64,000 bases of DNA, from contig NC_042998.1 of the NCBI RefSeq assembly GCF_006345805.1, positions 82,708,001-82,772,000 on the forward strand, read 5' to 3'. The stretch is from Octopus sinensis (lineage: Eukaryota). The notes below the pieces were generated by a model, which saw only the letters and a program-made list of their open reading frames with translations, was not told the DNA's origin and searched no databases. Below, piece after piece: positions 26,546 to 38,881 of the stretch. Made by a program: the position numbers and the translations under genes. Position 1 is the first letter of the stretch. Each line of letters begins with the position of its first letter.

Positions 26546-27930
26546 GCCGGACAGAAGGGTCACACAGGAGCGCTAAGAAGTAGGGGAGATAACAAAGTAG
26601 TGATCCAAAAGCAAATTGCGCGTGTGTGTAAGAGAGTACGTATGTGCGTGTGAAAGAGGGCTGGTGATCTTGACGTGTGCGTGTGTGTATGTGTAGGTGT
26701 AAAAATGTGGGGATGGAAATTGATCAGTGCTGGTGTGTTGTGCTGTGATGTGTTCTGTGGTATGGTGTAGTGTGGTGTAGTGTGATGTTGTTGGGAGGTG
26801 GGGGAGATGAGACTGGGGAAAGCACGGGTGGGGTGTGGGTTAGGCTGAGGGTTGGGGTAGAGTTGGTGTAGAGTTGGGGTATGTGGGTAGGCAGAGGGTG
26901 GGGGTAGAGGTGGGATATGTGGGAGAGGGTGTAAGAGATGGGATGGGGTGGGGTGGGAAGGATAGGGAAGGTAGGGTAGGAATATGTAGGGGTGGGGTAG
27001 GATTATGGGGAGGGTTGAGGTTGAAGGGGGAAGGGCAAGGTGGGTATGAGAGAAAAGAGAAAGAGTGTAAGAGAGTAAGAGAGAAAAGAGAAAAAGAGTT
27101 GTGGTGAAGAGAAGTAGGAGACGGAGCAAGAGAGGAGAGGTGGGTGGGATGAAGTAGAAGGGAGGGGGAAAGAGTCAAGGGGAGGAGGTTAGATGAAGAG
27201 AGGAGGAGAATTTAGCCCATATGGTACAAAGGAGCGAAGAGAGAAGATTAATCCCTGTTCACGGCGCAAACGGGAGTTTGGATGGCTTCTGTGCAAGGAC
27301 AATCCGAACACGGACAAGTGTTGCAAGAGTGACCGGTAGAGCGGAAATGGCGTGAGACCGGGGCGTTATTGCAGAGGCGGATGTGTCGGAGGTGTTCCGC
27401 GAACCAGTCAGCCAAGCGGTGTCCCGTTTGTCCGATGTACAGAGAATTGGCAGAGAGAGCAGGAGATGCAGTAGATGATATTGGTAGAAGTGCAGATGAA
27501 GGAGGCGGTGATGTGATAGGGTCGATGATAGATGCCGGTGAGGAGGGTGGCGTTGGAAAGATAAGGGCAAATGCAGCAGCGTGGGCGAGAGCAGGGGAAC
27601 GAGCCAGGTTGGAATGTTAGGTTGGGGAAGAAGCTGTAGACCAAAAGGTCTCGTAGGTTGTGGGCTCGTTCGAAGGAGGGGATGGGTCGATTTGGAAAGA
27701 TGTGTGATTGTCACACGCCGATGACGGGTCAATACCCTGAAACTCGTGTCCGTGTGTATCATAAGTTGAAGACGGGAAGGGTGGCTTCCCTTTGCAAATA
27801 CTGATAGGACACAGAAAGTGTGTCTATAGCCAGCTGGAGGAGGTGTCTTCCTGGGGCTACAAACTACAGTAGCATCCACCCTTAGGGGTTGGCCATAATC
27901 AAATGGCAAATATACGTCACGATGTGTTGC
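26545..27930 (-). mobile_element. Penelope-like retroelement 3' fragment (GIY-YIG endonuclease and C-rich 3' region)
   Basis: FPCSRPRCCICP...SFICTSTNIIYCISCSLC then IGQTGHRLA..FAEHL (frameshifted) is the classic PLE GIY-YIG signature. Confidence 0.88.
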
Positions 27931-28139
27931 TGCTACTGTTTATAACTCGCTCTGAGATTTACCATTATATATATATATATATTATATATATATATATATA
28001 TATAATATATATATATATATTACTTACTTGGGAAAGGATGCATGATGTTCGATCATATAATAATATAAATAATATATAAATATATGCATATATACATACA
28101 TATATGTACACACCTACATATATATGTTTATATACATGT

Positions 28140-28882
28140 ATATATGGGTACAGGACATAAAAAAAAACGTTGAACACAATGAGAAACGAAAGTATAAAAA
28201 CAAAAACATAGAAAACGAACTTATTTTTCGAACAACGAAAAAACAGAGAAATGAGACAAGAAACATAACGAATATTCCCCTTCATCAGTTGTCCCTGTTC
28301 CATCTACTCCTCATTTCGAAGGTAAGAAAAATACGCGACTTCGTTGAAACAGTCCTTCTCGCAAAGGAAATTAAATAAAATTTGGGATTTTTTGCGGAAC
28401 AGAACAGTGAAAAAAGGACAGTGAGAACAAGACAGCAAAAACAAACGGTGAGGGCTGTATAAGCACGTCTTGTCTTTTGGAAGGAAGTGGACAGAAAGAT
28501 AGATTCCCTTTCGTCACGTGTCCTAGCGTTCATAATAATTTTTCTATCGTCTTGGCTCAACAGCACTCACCGTTTTTTTTTTTTACTGTCTTGTTCTCAC
28601 CGTCCTGTTCTTGTTACCACTTTCACCCTCCTCAAAAAATCCCAAATTTTATTTAATTTGCTTTGCGGGAAGGACTGTTTCAACGAAGTCGCTTATTGTC
28701 CTTACTTTCGAAATGCGGTGTATATGAAACAGGGACAACTGATGAAAGAGAATATTCTTTATGTTGCATATCTCGTTTCTCTGTTTGTTTTTTCGTTGTT
28801 CGAAAAAAAGTTTTCTATGTTTTTGTTTTTATGTTTTCGTTTCTCATTCTGTTCAACGTTTTTTATGTCCTGTACCCATATA
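28140..28882. repeat. Large fold-back (~320-bp diverged arms) next to the PLE
   Basis: 28140-28460 is mirrored by 28560-28882 (e.g. tatgggtacaggacataaaaa / tttttatgtcctgtacccata). Confidence 0.9.
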
Positions 28883-28963
28883 TGCAAGAATATATATATA
28901 TACATATATATATATATATGCAGGTATGTACATATATGTATGTATACATGCGTATATTAATTT

Positions 28964-29018
<55 letters not shown>

Positions 29019-29068
29019 TCATATGTATGCATGTGTATGTATAAAGACGTATAGAAAGAATGAATGAA

Positions 29069-29198
<130 letters not shown>

Positions 29199-29559
29199 TC
29201 ACGTGTATTGGTAACTTAAATACATGTGTATTTAAGTTATCAAACGGAATAAAGTAGCATGGAATACCTTTTATATTCAATCGTGATAATTAATAACAAA
29301 ATCACTCAGCTCCACAATATTTAATATTTGGTAATGCAGATGAGCGTACACGGTCGCATTTATACGGCGTTAGAGGAATTTCATAATGCCTCTATTTCGA
29401 GAAAGTATTGCTAGATGCGCCTAGGTATGTGCAATGTTAGTATACTCTCATCTCTACATATATACAGGTATGTATGCATGTATGTATGTATGCATGTATG
29501 TATGTATGTATGTATGTATGTATGTATGTATGTATGTATGTATGTATGTATGTATGTCA

Positions 29560-30720
29560 TTAATCAGTTTATTTCAAGATTTTTTGAAAAGATTGGTTAA
29601 AAGATGTTGCCGAAGGGATAAGTTACGATTTTCAAAGGTGGTTGTTATGCCTCTACCGCTCTGTTTTTGCTTTAGATGGAGGCGGTCTACGTCATTGTTT
29701 ACGTGCTGGTTAGTATCTTTCGGGTTTTCACATCAACAGCTCGGACCTCATTAAGCGTCCAGTCAAGCAGCCCAAATGTTGGTATGAGTACTAGCACTGC
29801 AAACACATTGTGGGCCACTATTTTATTGAATGAAGAGATTTCCGAGGTTCGTATTTTCTTTATTAGTAATATTTGTAATATTCATTAGTGACACATGTTT
29901 TGTTACAGTTGATATTGTAACATATGTTTTTATCCATCCCTAGAACCTGTAACCTTTCTCATCAGACATAGGAGAAACAGTTAAGTCATTGATGGAGATG
30001 CTGCTAGACTGGTTTACAGTTTTCCCTCTTTTCACAACCATATAGCAACATTTATTCCGACCAAACTCCAACTTAGTATCCTTTGAGAATGTAACCACGA
30101 CAAGGCTCTTTTTCGTCTCGTGCATATCCTTTGCATATAGTTTCATATCATCCACAAAAAAAAGACATTGTGTAATTTTGATATTTCTGTTTCCTTGTGA
30201 ACCATTGTGATATCCTTAGATCTCCTTAACATGAATGGCGAGGGGTTTACAGAAAGAATAAACAAAATCACAGAGAGGCTGTCCCCTTAGAATATGCCTC
30301 TGCGATACTGTATACTATCAATAATACAATCACTACTTGTCTTTAATTTCAAGATAGTGGCTCACGATGAAGTCAGGTCAGCTATGGCTTACTCTATTCT
30401 CTCTGGAACTTTAGCAAGTGGAAGGCTTCTAGCATCCATGAGTGGCGAGGAGGGGACAGAATCAAAGGCTTTCTTGTAGCCCATCAACATTGACAATAGG
30501 TTCCTTCCATGCTCCCGCACCTCTGATGTTTATTAACAATTGCACGGCACATCCCCAGACTCCATTCTTCCCAGTTGCTTGTTCTGCTCTGATGATGTTA
30601 TTACTTTCACTGTGGTCTTTGAAAAAGAGGTTTAAACATGCCGTATATATTTTATACATTAAGTTCTGGTATACAATTGACCGGTAGATATTACCATGAA
30701 GGTGGACCTGCATTTGGGTA
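29560..30720 (-). mobile_element. R4-like non-LTR retrotransposon RT fragment
   Basis: NLMYKIYTACL...EQATGKNGVWGCAVQLLIN, RGIF*GDSLSVILFILSVNP, MDDMKLYAKD...LEFGRNKC. Confidence 0.9.
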
Positions 30721-30750
30721 TGCATATATGTATGTATGAATGTATGTATG

Positions 30751-30808
<58 letters not shown>

Positions 30809-31473
30809 ATGGAAAATTGGATTAGGAGAATTAAGTGGAACTCACGATAAACACCGCAGGTGAGGAAGTGACTATCATGTCACACATTAATTAAATTACA
30901 GTGTAACTGAATGTGATTATGCATCTGAAAATCCAGGATACATGAATGGCAATATTTCCACAGTGGAGTATGTAATAAGCAAAAACAAATATTAGATGTG
31001 AGAGGCTAAAAGAAGATTTAATATTTCAGTACGGTTACTGGTGTTCCATAATTGCCTTCAGGTGACATCATTAACTTCGATTATATATATATATATACGC
31101 GGCGCGCATATACTTATATATATATATATATATACATACATACCCATCTGAATACACACATACAAATAGATAGATATGTATATGCATACATAACTATATA
31201 CATTATGTGCATGCATACATATCTATACTCACACATACATTCATATACATATATATGTGTGTATAGTATATAAAGATATATATATATATGTATGTATGTA
31301 TATATATACATACATATACATATATGTATATATATATATATATATATATTGTATAGAGGGCATTATTACACATAAATGCCTCACACTATGAGGGACAAAG
31401 TCATTACTACCAAAATTATACTAATCATACCCAAATGCAGTTTTTCAAAGCAAGACATTTAAAAAATGAATTT

Positions 31474-31531
31474 AGTTCTGTATCACCGTGATTTCACATT
31501 CAACTTACGTCTAATGATCGTCAGCAGAACT
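31474..31531 (-). ncRNA. Type-I hammerhead ribozyme motif (minus-strand copy)
   Basis: Exact reverse complement of 31632-31689. Confidence 0.75.
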
Positions 31532-31631
31532 GATTCTGAACACATCATAAATAAACTTGGCCGGAGTGAGCAGTTGTCTGTTCGTCTTCGCTACGTAAGG
31601 TTGGTAGTTTATTTATGATGTGTTCAGAATC

Positions 31632-31689
31632 AGTTCTGCTGACGATCATTAGACGTAAGTTGAATGTGAAATCACGGTGATACAGAACT
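31632..31689 (+). ncRNA. Type-I hammerhead ribozyme motif
   Basis: agttctg-CTGACGA-t.catt...aatg.t-GAAA-tcacggtga-TA-cagaact. 7-bp stem I, palindromic stem III, AUA triplet, U-U at the base of stem II. Confidence 0.75.
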
Positions 31690-31941
31690 AAATTCATTTT
31701 TTAAATGTCTTGCTTTGAAAAACTGCATTTGGGTATGATTAGTATAATTTTGGTAGTAATGACTTTGTCCCTCCTAGTGTGAGTCATTTATGTGTAATAA
31801 TGCCCTCTATACAATATAGATATAATTAATTTGTTCAAAAGAAAAAAATTATTTTCGAATTCTTTTCTTTTATGAGGTTTTCACGCTAGCTACCCGATAA
31901 TTTCTTGTTAAGATCCCTTATTAAGAGATTATCCTTAATTG

Positions 31942-31975
<34 letters not shown>

Positions 31976-32019
31976 GTGGCTTTTTATCAATTATTCAACC
32001 GAAAGGCAAAAATACATAC

Positions 32020-32227
32020 GTCACTAAAGCAACTGAGGGCGCTAATCAGCGCCAGTTTTGCTTGTAATAAGAGTCAAAACAACTTCTAGCCACAATAACG
32101 CACCATCTTATTTACTAACAAGGGAGGCCAGATCACTAGTGATTTCACGTAATTATGGCTATAAGTTGTTTTGACTCATTTGAATCTTATACTGGTGCTG
32201 AATAGCGACCTCAGTCGCCTTAGTGAC
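32020..32227. repeat. Diverged fold-back element, family shared with 57722-57934
   Basis: gtcactaaagcaactgagggcgctaatcagcgccag / ctggtgctgaatagcgacctcagtcgccttagtgac. Shares aagagtcaaaacaact with 57722-57790. Confidence 0.8.
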
Positions 32228-32344
32228 ACATATTTATGCATTTCGATTGAAAAATTGCTAAGAATCCACCATCTGTATGTTAATAACTTTGCCATTCTCT
32301 CTCCATTTTAACTTCTTCCATGCTGGACCGCTGAACTCTACACA

Positions 32345-32530
32345 GTTTTTCTCTCTCTCCGTTCTTTTCTTTTTCATTCTCTCTCCATATTTTTTTCTCC
32401 TTTTCGTTTCTGCCGAAGAGCGTATGCTCGAAACGTAAAAGACTTCCATTTTTCCCGAGCGTCAAATTAATACACCTATTTGTTGCTCCAACACCTGTCT
32501 TCGTCTTTTGTTTTTCTGTAAATATGAACT
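32345..32530 (+). mobile_element. pLTR-like segment with a variant HHR at 32406-32441
   Basis: Homologous to the reverse complement of 26358-26545. Confidence 0.7.
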
Positions 32531-32539
32531 ATATATACA

Positions 32540-32569
<30 letters not shown>

Positions 32570-32576
<7 letters not shown>

Positions 32577-32790
32577 AAGAGAGTGTAATTCGACAGGAGG
32601 ACTTAAACGACATCCAAAGGTACATGAAGCCCAGTTACAACTACAGCCGGCTATTACCAGTAAAGGTTTTAGTTGTCAATTTTGTACAAGACATTGTAGA
32701 TCTTTAGCTGGGCTAAAATGTCACATTCGATCACAGCACCAGTAACAGTTAAGCTTCGTGCAATGGCCTTACTCGATAACGAGGGGGCAG
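32570..32790 (+). pseudogene. Two C2H2-type fingers, probably the 3' end of an RTE-like LINE
   Basis: CGRECNSTGGLKRHPKVH and CQFCTRHCRSLAGLKCHIRSQH, stop at 32743-32745, short UTR (atggccttactcgataacgagggggcagccata), then (TA)n. Confidence 0.6.
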
Positions 32791-32798
32791 CCATAATG

Positions 32799-32858
<60 letters not shown>

Positions 32859-32899
32859 CAAAGTGGAGTTGTTTGCATTTGTCATGGTGCTGTGTGTGT

Positions 32900-32938
<39 letters not shown>

Positions 32939-33599
32939 GTGTGTATATGTGTGTCTGTATGGAGGTCAGAATGGTGTGAGTGTGTGTGTCTTTGTGTGTG
33001 TGTATATGTGTATACATGTGTTTGTGTGTGTGTGGGCTGTTTTTTATTGGTCCCAGGGTCCAATATATATATATAAATATGTAATTGCGCATAAATATTA
33101 GTATTAAGGATGAGAGAAATGGAAAGTATAGCTAGGCAGTGGGTTATGTGTGTTATACGCAAAATATTTGTTCTTGTTATCATGTTAATTATCAGTTAGA
33201 GAAAGAATTGCAAAACATCTATCGCAAGAGAGAATTGTAAATCTGTGAGATATTGCTAATCATATTCTCTTTAACGTGGTGTATAAAAGTTTCTTTTTAT
33301 TTCAGATCTCATGATTGATTAGTGTCGTAGCTCAGTGTTGTTTATAATTACAATATAATTATACGTTGAGCTATCATTTAATTGATAAAGTTGGATTGAG
33401 ATATGCTCACATAGTTCCTTCTGCTTTGAATTATTAGAAATCTTCTTATCAGGAAGGAACTGGTTTCTTACAAAGAAGCACAGCCTTTATCGTTGCAATG
33501 TAGATAACATAAACAACGTTACATCTTAACCTTGAGAACAGTCTTACATGGTCTCCTAATAAAATTTGAAGTTAGACACTTGTACAAGCTCAAGACTTT

Positions 33600-33765
33600 C
33601 TGAAATCCAGGAACAGGGGATCATGTCATACGCTTTCTATAATCGATCCACGCCATGCCCAGATTAGTCTTTTTCTTGCAGTCGTTCAGTACCATTCTGA
33701 ATATTAGAAGTTGGTCTTTTGTCCCTCGGATTTTCCTTCTGCACCCTTTCTGTTCCACTAGCAGT
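33600..33765 (-). mobile_element. R4/Dong-like RT fragment
   Basis: Minus strand reads [32 protein letters not shown]. Confidence 0.8.
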
Positions 33766-33768
33766 TTG

Positions 33769-33846
<78 letters not shown>

Positions 33847-33847
33847 G

Positions 33848-33886
<39 letters not shown>

Positions 33887-33889
33887 TAT

Positions 33890-34350
33890 TTCTCTATCAC
33901 AGGTTTTGTTGGAGCTACTGGAGTCTTGCATGCGTAGCGGGCTTACTACATGCAGCCATGCTATTCATTCTTTTCAGCTATCTAATGCTTTTCAGATTAT
34001 TTTGGCCGTGCCAAGGAGGCAAACCTTTTGTAACAGTTCTGCTGGGCACTTTATTCTAATTTCCTTTATATTCCTCTTGATGCCTTCTGATACTGTTCCC
34101 AATGACCCAACAATAATTCGCACTGTCTTCACCTTCTTCGTTTTCCATAGCCGTTTAGCTCTTTGGGGGATGTATGGGAGGTCCTCAGAAAGAAAATACT
34201 CCTGAGGATATTGTTCTCTTTTCATTTCTAAGTTTATGTGTTTACTTTTGCTGTTGTTGTTTACAATTACTGTCTGAGACTGTACGACATTTGAAGGCTG
34301 TCTGCACTGATCTCAAGCATCTACCTTCTTCATCTCTTCTTAGGTAGAGC
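33890..34350 (-). mobile_element. R4/Dong-like LINE 3' end followed by a (TGA/TAA)n tract
   Basis: KRLWKTKKVKTVRIIVGSLGTV...LLQKVCLLGTAKII. Microsatellite at ~33772-33890. Confidence 0.85.
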
Positions 34351-35604
34351 CTGTCGACATCACTATTTCTGTTGAAGTTTCCAGCTGATATTAGGATCTT
34401 TATATATCAATTTCTATGGAGATTTCCTCTACAGACCAGTCAAGTATCCATTTACTGCAAACGTATTGTGGGATATTGTCTTATTGTAAGCATAGAGTTC
34501 CGACTGCCAAATGTTTTTGTTACGTATTATATTCTCAGATCATTTATTTTTATTCTCACGACGTTCGTATGATATATTTTCTCCAATTTTTATATATTTG
34601 TGGCATTCTTTGTGCAAAACAGGAGAAATAATGAGACTGTTGATGCACAGGATTTTTGGGTCGTAGGTAATGATTTTCCGCTTTCAACAATCAAATATGA
34701 ACATTTCTATTGGCCAAATTCCATTCTTATGTCACCTGAAATTGTTATTAACTCCATCTTGTTTTTTGGGGGTGGGGGAGTGCGTTGTTAACGTTTTTGG
34801 TATAAATCTTTAGGTCATCTACGAATCTTTAGGTCATCTACAAATATATTTCTCCTGTTCTGCACAAAGAATTCCACAGATATATAACATTGCGTTGTTA
34901 ACAGTTTTGGTATAAATCTTTAGGTCCTCTTGGAAGAAATTATGAATTACATTAATATCTCTAGCACTTGCAGACCCTGGCATATTGCCCGTTGATGTTT
35001 GTAGCAGGAATGATAATGGAGTTAATGCCAAAATGAACAGAATTGCAGAAATAGTGTCCCCTTGGAATATTCCCTTTTAAATATTTATAACATTGGAGAC
35101 AATTGTTCCGCTGTCAGTTGTAAGTGTGAACATTGTTCTCCAGGTCTTAGTAAGCATCACAATGGCAACACAAGGTTGCAGTTATTTTTGCTAAATGCAA
35201 AGATTTCAGCAAAAGTGTGTGGTGAATAGAGTCGAATGATTTCCAATAATTAATCAATATGTCTGCTGCTTTCCTACTTCAGACAGCACATATTAATGTG
35301 TGCGTTTTATGACTGGTCTATATAAAAATATTTACTATTAAATACATGTAGACCATTTATAACATTGTAAAGGAATCTGTCCCTCGCCATTCCTGTTCAA
35401 GGGCTAAACGTTACTGTCACTAACAATATGCTGTATCAAAACAGAGCGAAACAGGGTTTATTTAACTATATACCCATTGAAAAAGACACTTCTGCATCGA
35501 GGGAAGCACTACAATTGGTTGTATAGTATCCCACCCGCGGGATGGGTCGAAGGGATCGTTGTGAGCAATAGTTTCTCGAATATGCCCTTTTCCGCCTGTA
35601 CTGT

Positions 35605-35957
<353 letters not shown>

Positions 35958-35967
35958 CCGACGGACA

Positions 35968-36090
35968 TTTTTCAGTTTCCGTCAACTAAATCCACTCACA
36001 AGGCTATAGTATAATATACTTGCACCAAGATGCCCACGCATCCAGGAGCCATACGGTAAAGAAGCAAGCTTCTTACCACACAGCCACGCT
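35968..36090 (-). mobile_element. SINE family B fragment
   Basis: tttcagtttccgtcaactaaatccactcacaaggct... is the reverse-complemented family B core. Confidence 0.7.
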
Positions 36091-36394
36091 TAGAAGGAGT
36101 TACAATAAATTTGTTATGAGAGAAAATTGTCAATCTGTGAGATGATACTAATCATATTCTCATTAACACGGTGAAGATAAATTTCTCTATTTCATTTTTG
36201 CCGAGTGATTAGTGTCACTGTCTTGTATTATACAATTGCAATGTAATTATACGTTGATCGACTTTGCGCTTAATCTTTTGATTAAGAAGAGTAGAGATAT
36301 ACTCACTTAGTTATATTACATTCACGTGTGTATGTGTATATATGTATGCATAAGTAGATACATATATATGCATATATATATACGTGTGCATCTG

Positions 36395-36468
<74 letters not shown>

Positions 36469-36582
36469 TAGATAAACTTACATATGTTTCGACCAAAGAT
36501 TGGTCCAGGCCATGTCTAACTTAATAGCACCACCTGATAGGATCATTCGAATCACTTTATTTAAAGGCAGCAGAAATATAAC

Positions 36583-36630
36583 AAAAGCTGTTACTTAGAG
36601 TTTCACGTTCTCGTTCGTCGGACAGTTTTG
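36583..36630 (-). ncRNA. HHR motif (U4C variant) in a solo half copy of the 18835 element
   Basis: Minus strand: aaaactgt-CCGACGA-acg agaa cgt-GAAA-ctctaag-TA-acagctttt. Confidence 0.6.
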
Positions 36631-36658
36631 TTATAAATATATATATATGTACATATAT

Positions 36659-36711
<53 letters not shown>

Positions 36712-37199
36712 ATACATGTATATATATATATATATATATACATATATGTATATATATATATACATATATATATATATGTACATATATATGTATGTATGTA
36801 TGTATGCATGTGTATGTATATGTATACCTATATATGTATATATAGATGAATAAATAAATGGAGTTAAACGCAGTTGTTATTCAAATCTTTTTACTTCCAA
36901 TATGTTTCGAAGAAAATATTGCTATTATTCCAGAAAGAATAAGGTTATGTAAAACAATGCAATCTTCTCGTCAGAATGTGATGACTGCGCATATGATGAA
37001 GGGAACGGTATCAGGTTTTTAAAAAAAAACTGTTAGTAGATACAACGTCAAGCTAGTTTATAGAAAGAGAAGGAGAAAGAAAGAAAGAAATTAGCAGAAA
37101 ACTAATAGTGGAGAGATATACAGCGATAGGTGAATTCGAATAAAGCTTAAAGACATGGAAGTAGATATATTTTTAGTGGAAGTGAAATGTAAGAAGACA

Positions 37200-38790
37200 G
37201 TCAAAGGTCGAATTTTATAGAATGCTAGCAATCATTTATAGGAACTAAAAGTATGTTTCTACCAACGTTTGCAACGATAAACACGTTTCACTGTTACAAA
37301 GCGAACAAAACGATTTGTCTTTATCATGCGGTAAAGATATAGAGAGAATATTCCATTCCAAATCAAATTGTTTATGATCTTTTAGATACCAGATTAATAT
37401 ACTAAGCCCAGTATTGTTACGTTTATTGATATAGCTAAATGTAAAGTACTGATTAGATATTCTTTTGGATAAGTGAGATGAAGAACTACCAATATAAAAA
37501 AGACATCAGAACCGGAAGTAAATTTACATTGATAAATAGAGTTTCCAGTCTTAGAATTACAGCTAAGAAAATGAATGCGAATGGAGTCAACTTCAGAAAC
37601 AATAACCCCGCTGTTATTATTATTTAAAGAATGGTTAGCGTTAACAAAATCAATGTTTGTATTTTCATTAAGTGGATTTGTATTTAACAACTTATTATTA
37701 TGCGAAGAGATTATTTGTGGAAGATTTTTGTGTTAGAAAAACCTATCCCGATTCGGTGTGAATTAATAATCGAAAAGTACCTTGAATTTCTTGAGAAATT
37801 CCTTTCTATAGCTTCACGAAACTGGTAAGGGAGGTTGGATTCGATTTGCTTAATATATGGAATTATTAACCAAACAGTTTGCTAGGACATACCTTGTTAT
37901 TAGGGTAATTATCTTTAAAAGTCCTCGATGTACCTTTATAATGAAAAAAAAGGGTCTTAAATAACGGTTATCTCCCTTACGCTGCAGAATTACATTACTC
38001 GATTTGGTGCTGCTATTCGAAATAAAATTAATATTTTAAATATCGTTACAATTTGATTTCATGTCCTGATAAATAGAGGAAGATTTAACGTCAATAGGTT
38101 TAATATAGGTAATTTCTTCTTTATAGCCTGCTTTAAGTAAGGTAGAGCTATACAATTCAGCTTTATCGTTGAAGTTATCAACATTAGCAGATAATCTAGA
38201 AAGTCTAAGTGAAATATTCCTAACTAAATTCTTTGTAATAGCCTTAGAGCGATTACTGAAAAAGCTAATATATTTTAAATTAGGTGAGAGTTTATGGTAT
38301 GGGAAATATGAATCATTATGCAAGTTACGGGTAATATCCAAAAAGTTGGCTTTTGTTATATCATCGTAAAAAACAATACTTAAACCTATGTTTCGGAAAA
38401 ATTTAACAAAGCTATTCTTAACCCTTTGTAATTTTTGATTAAAAGCAATTTGAAGGTAGAGTAGACAATCATCACTATATAGACTTTCATTGATGTTTGG
38501 GTATTAGTCAGCCATCTCAGAAAGGATATATGTACCGACCAAATCAGCGATTTGTGCTGAATCAGAACTTCCCATCGTGGTCGGGTATATCTTGCCGGAC
38601 CCATAGCTTATTATCGAATTTAATAATAGATTTTCTGGCGGCTAACACGACATTATTTTCGTCCTTATTGAGACCTGCTTTGTTGTGAGCGAACCAGAGT
38701 GCCTTGTTAAGTATGATTGGGTTGATAGAGGAATAGAAACCAGAAATGTCAAACTGGATAAACTTAGTGCATTTCTTGTTATTAATAGAA
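37200..38790 (-). mobile_element. Penelope-like retroelement RT and decayed GIY-YIG
   Basis: FIQFDISGFYSSI...LNKALWFA...ARKSII.FDNKLWV; DITRNLHNDSYFPYHK...YISFFSNRSKAITKNL...RLSRLS; NSIYQCKF segment. Confidence 0.85.
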
Positions 38791-38846
38791 TTAAACCAGT
38801 ATATATGTGTGTGTGTATACTTATACATACATATATATATATATAA

Positions 38847-38881
<35 letters not shown>

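Larger units (their letters stand above)
31345..31818. repeat. Near-perfect fold-back, ~212-bp arms, 48-nt spacer, HHR in each arm
   Basis: 31345-31557 vs 31606-31818 differ by about 2 substitutions and 1 indel by eye. Flanked by (TA)n. Confidence 0.95.

Noticed and set aside
26780-27240. G-rich tract with G-quadruplex potential
   Set aside because: It is the low-complexity 3' region of the Penelope-like element, with no independent evidence of function.
28280-28790. gacaaCTGATGAag in both arms of the large fold-back
   Set aside because: No correctly placed GAAA after a stem II in either arm. At most it is a deleted HHR remnant, so it was not called.
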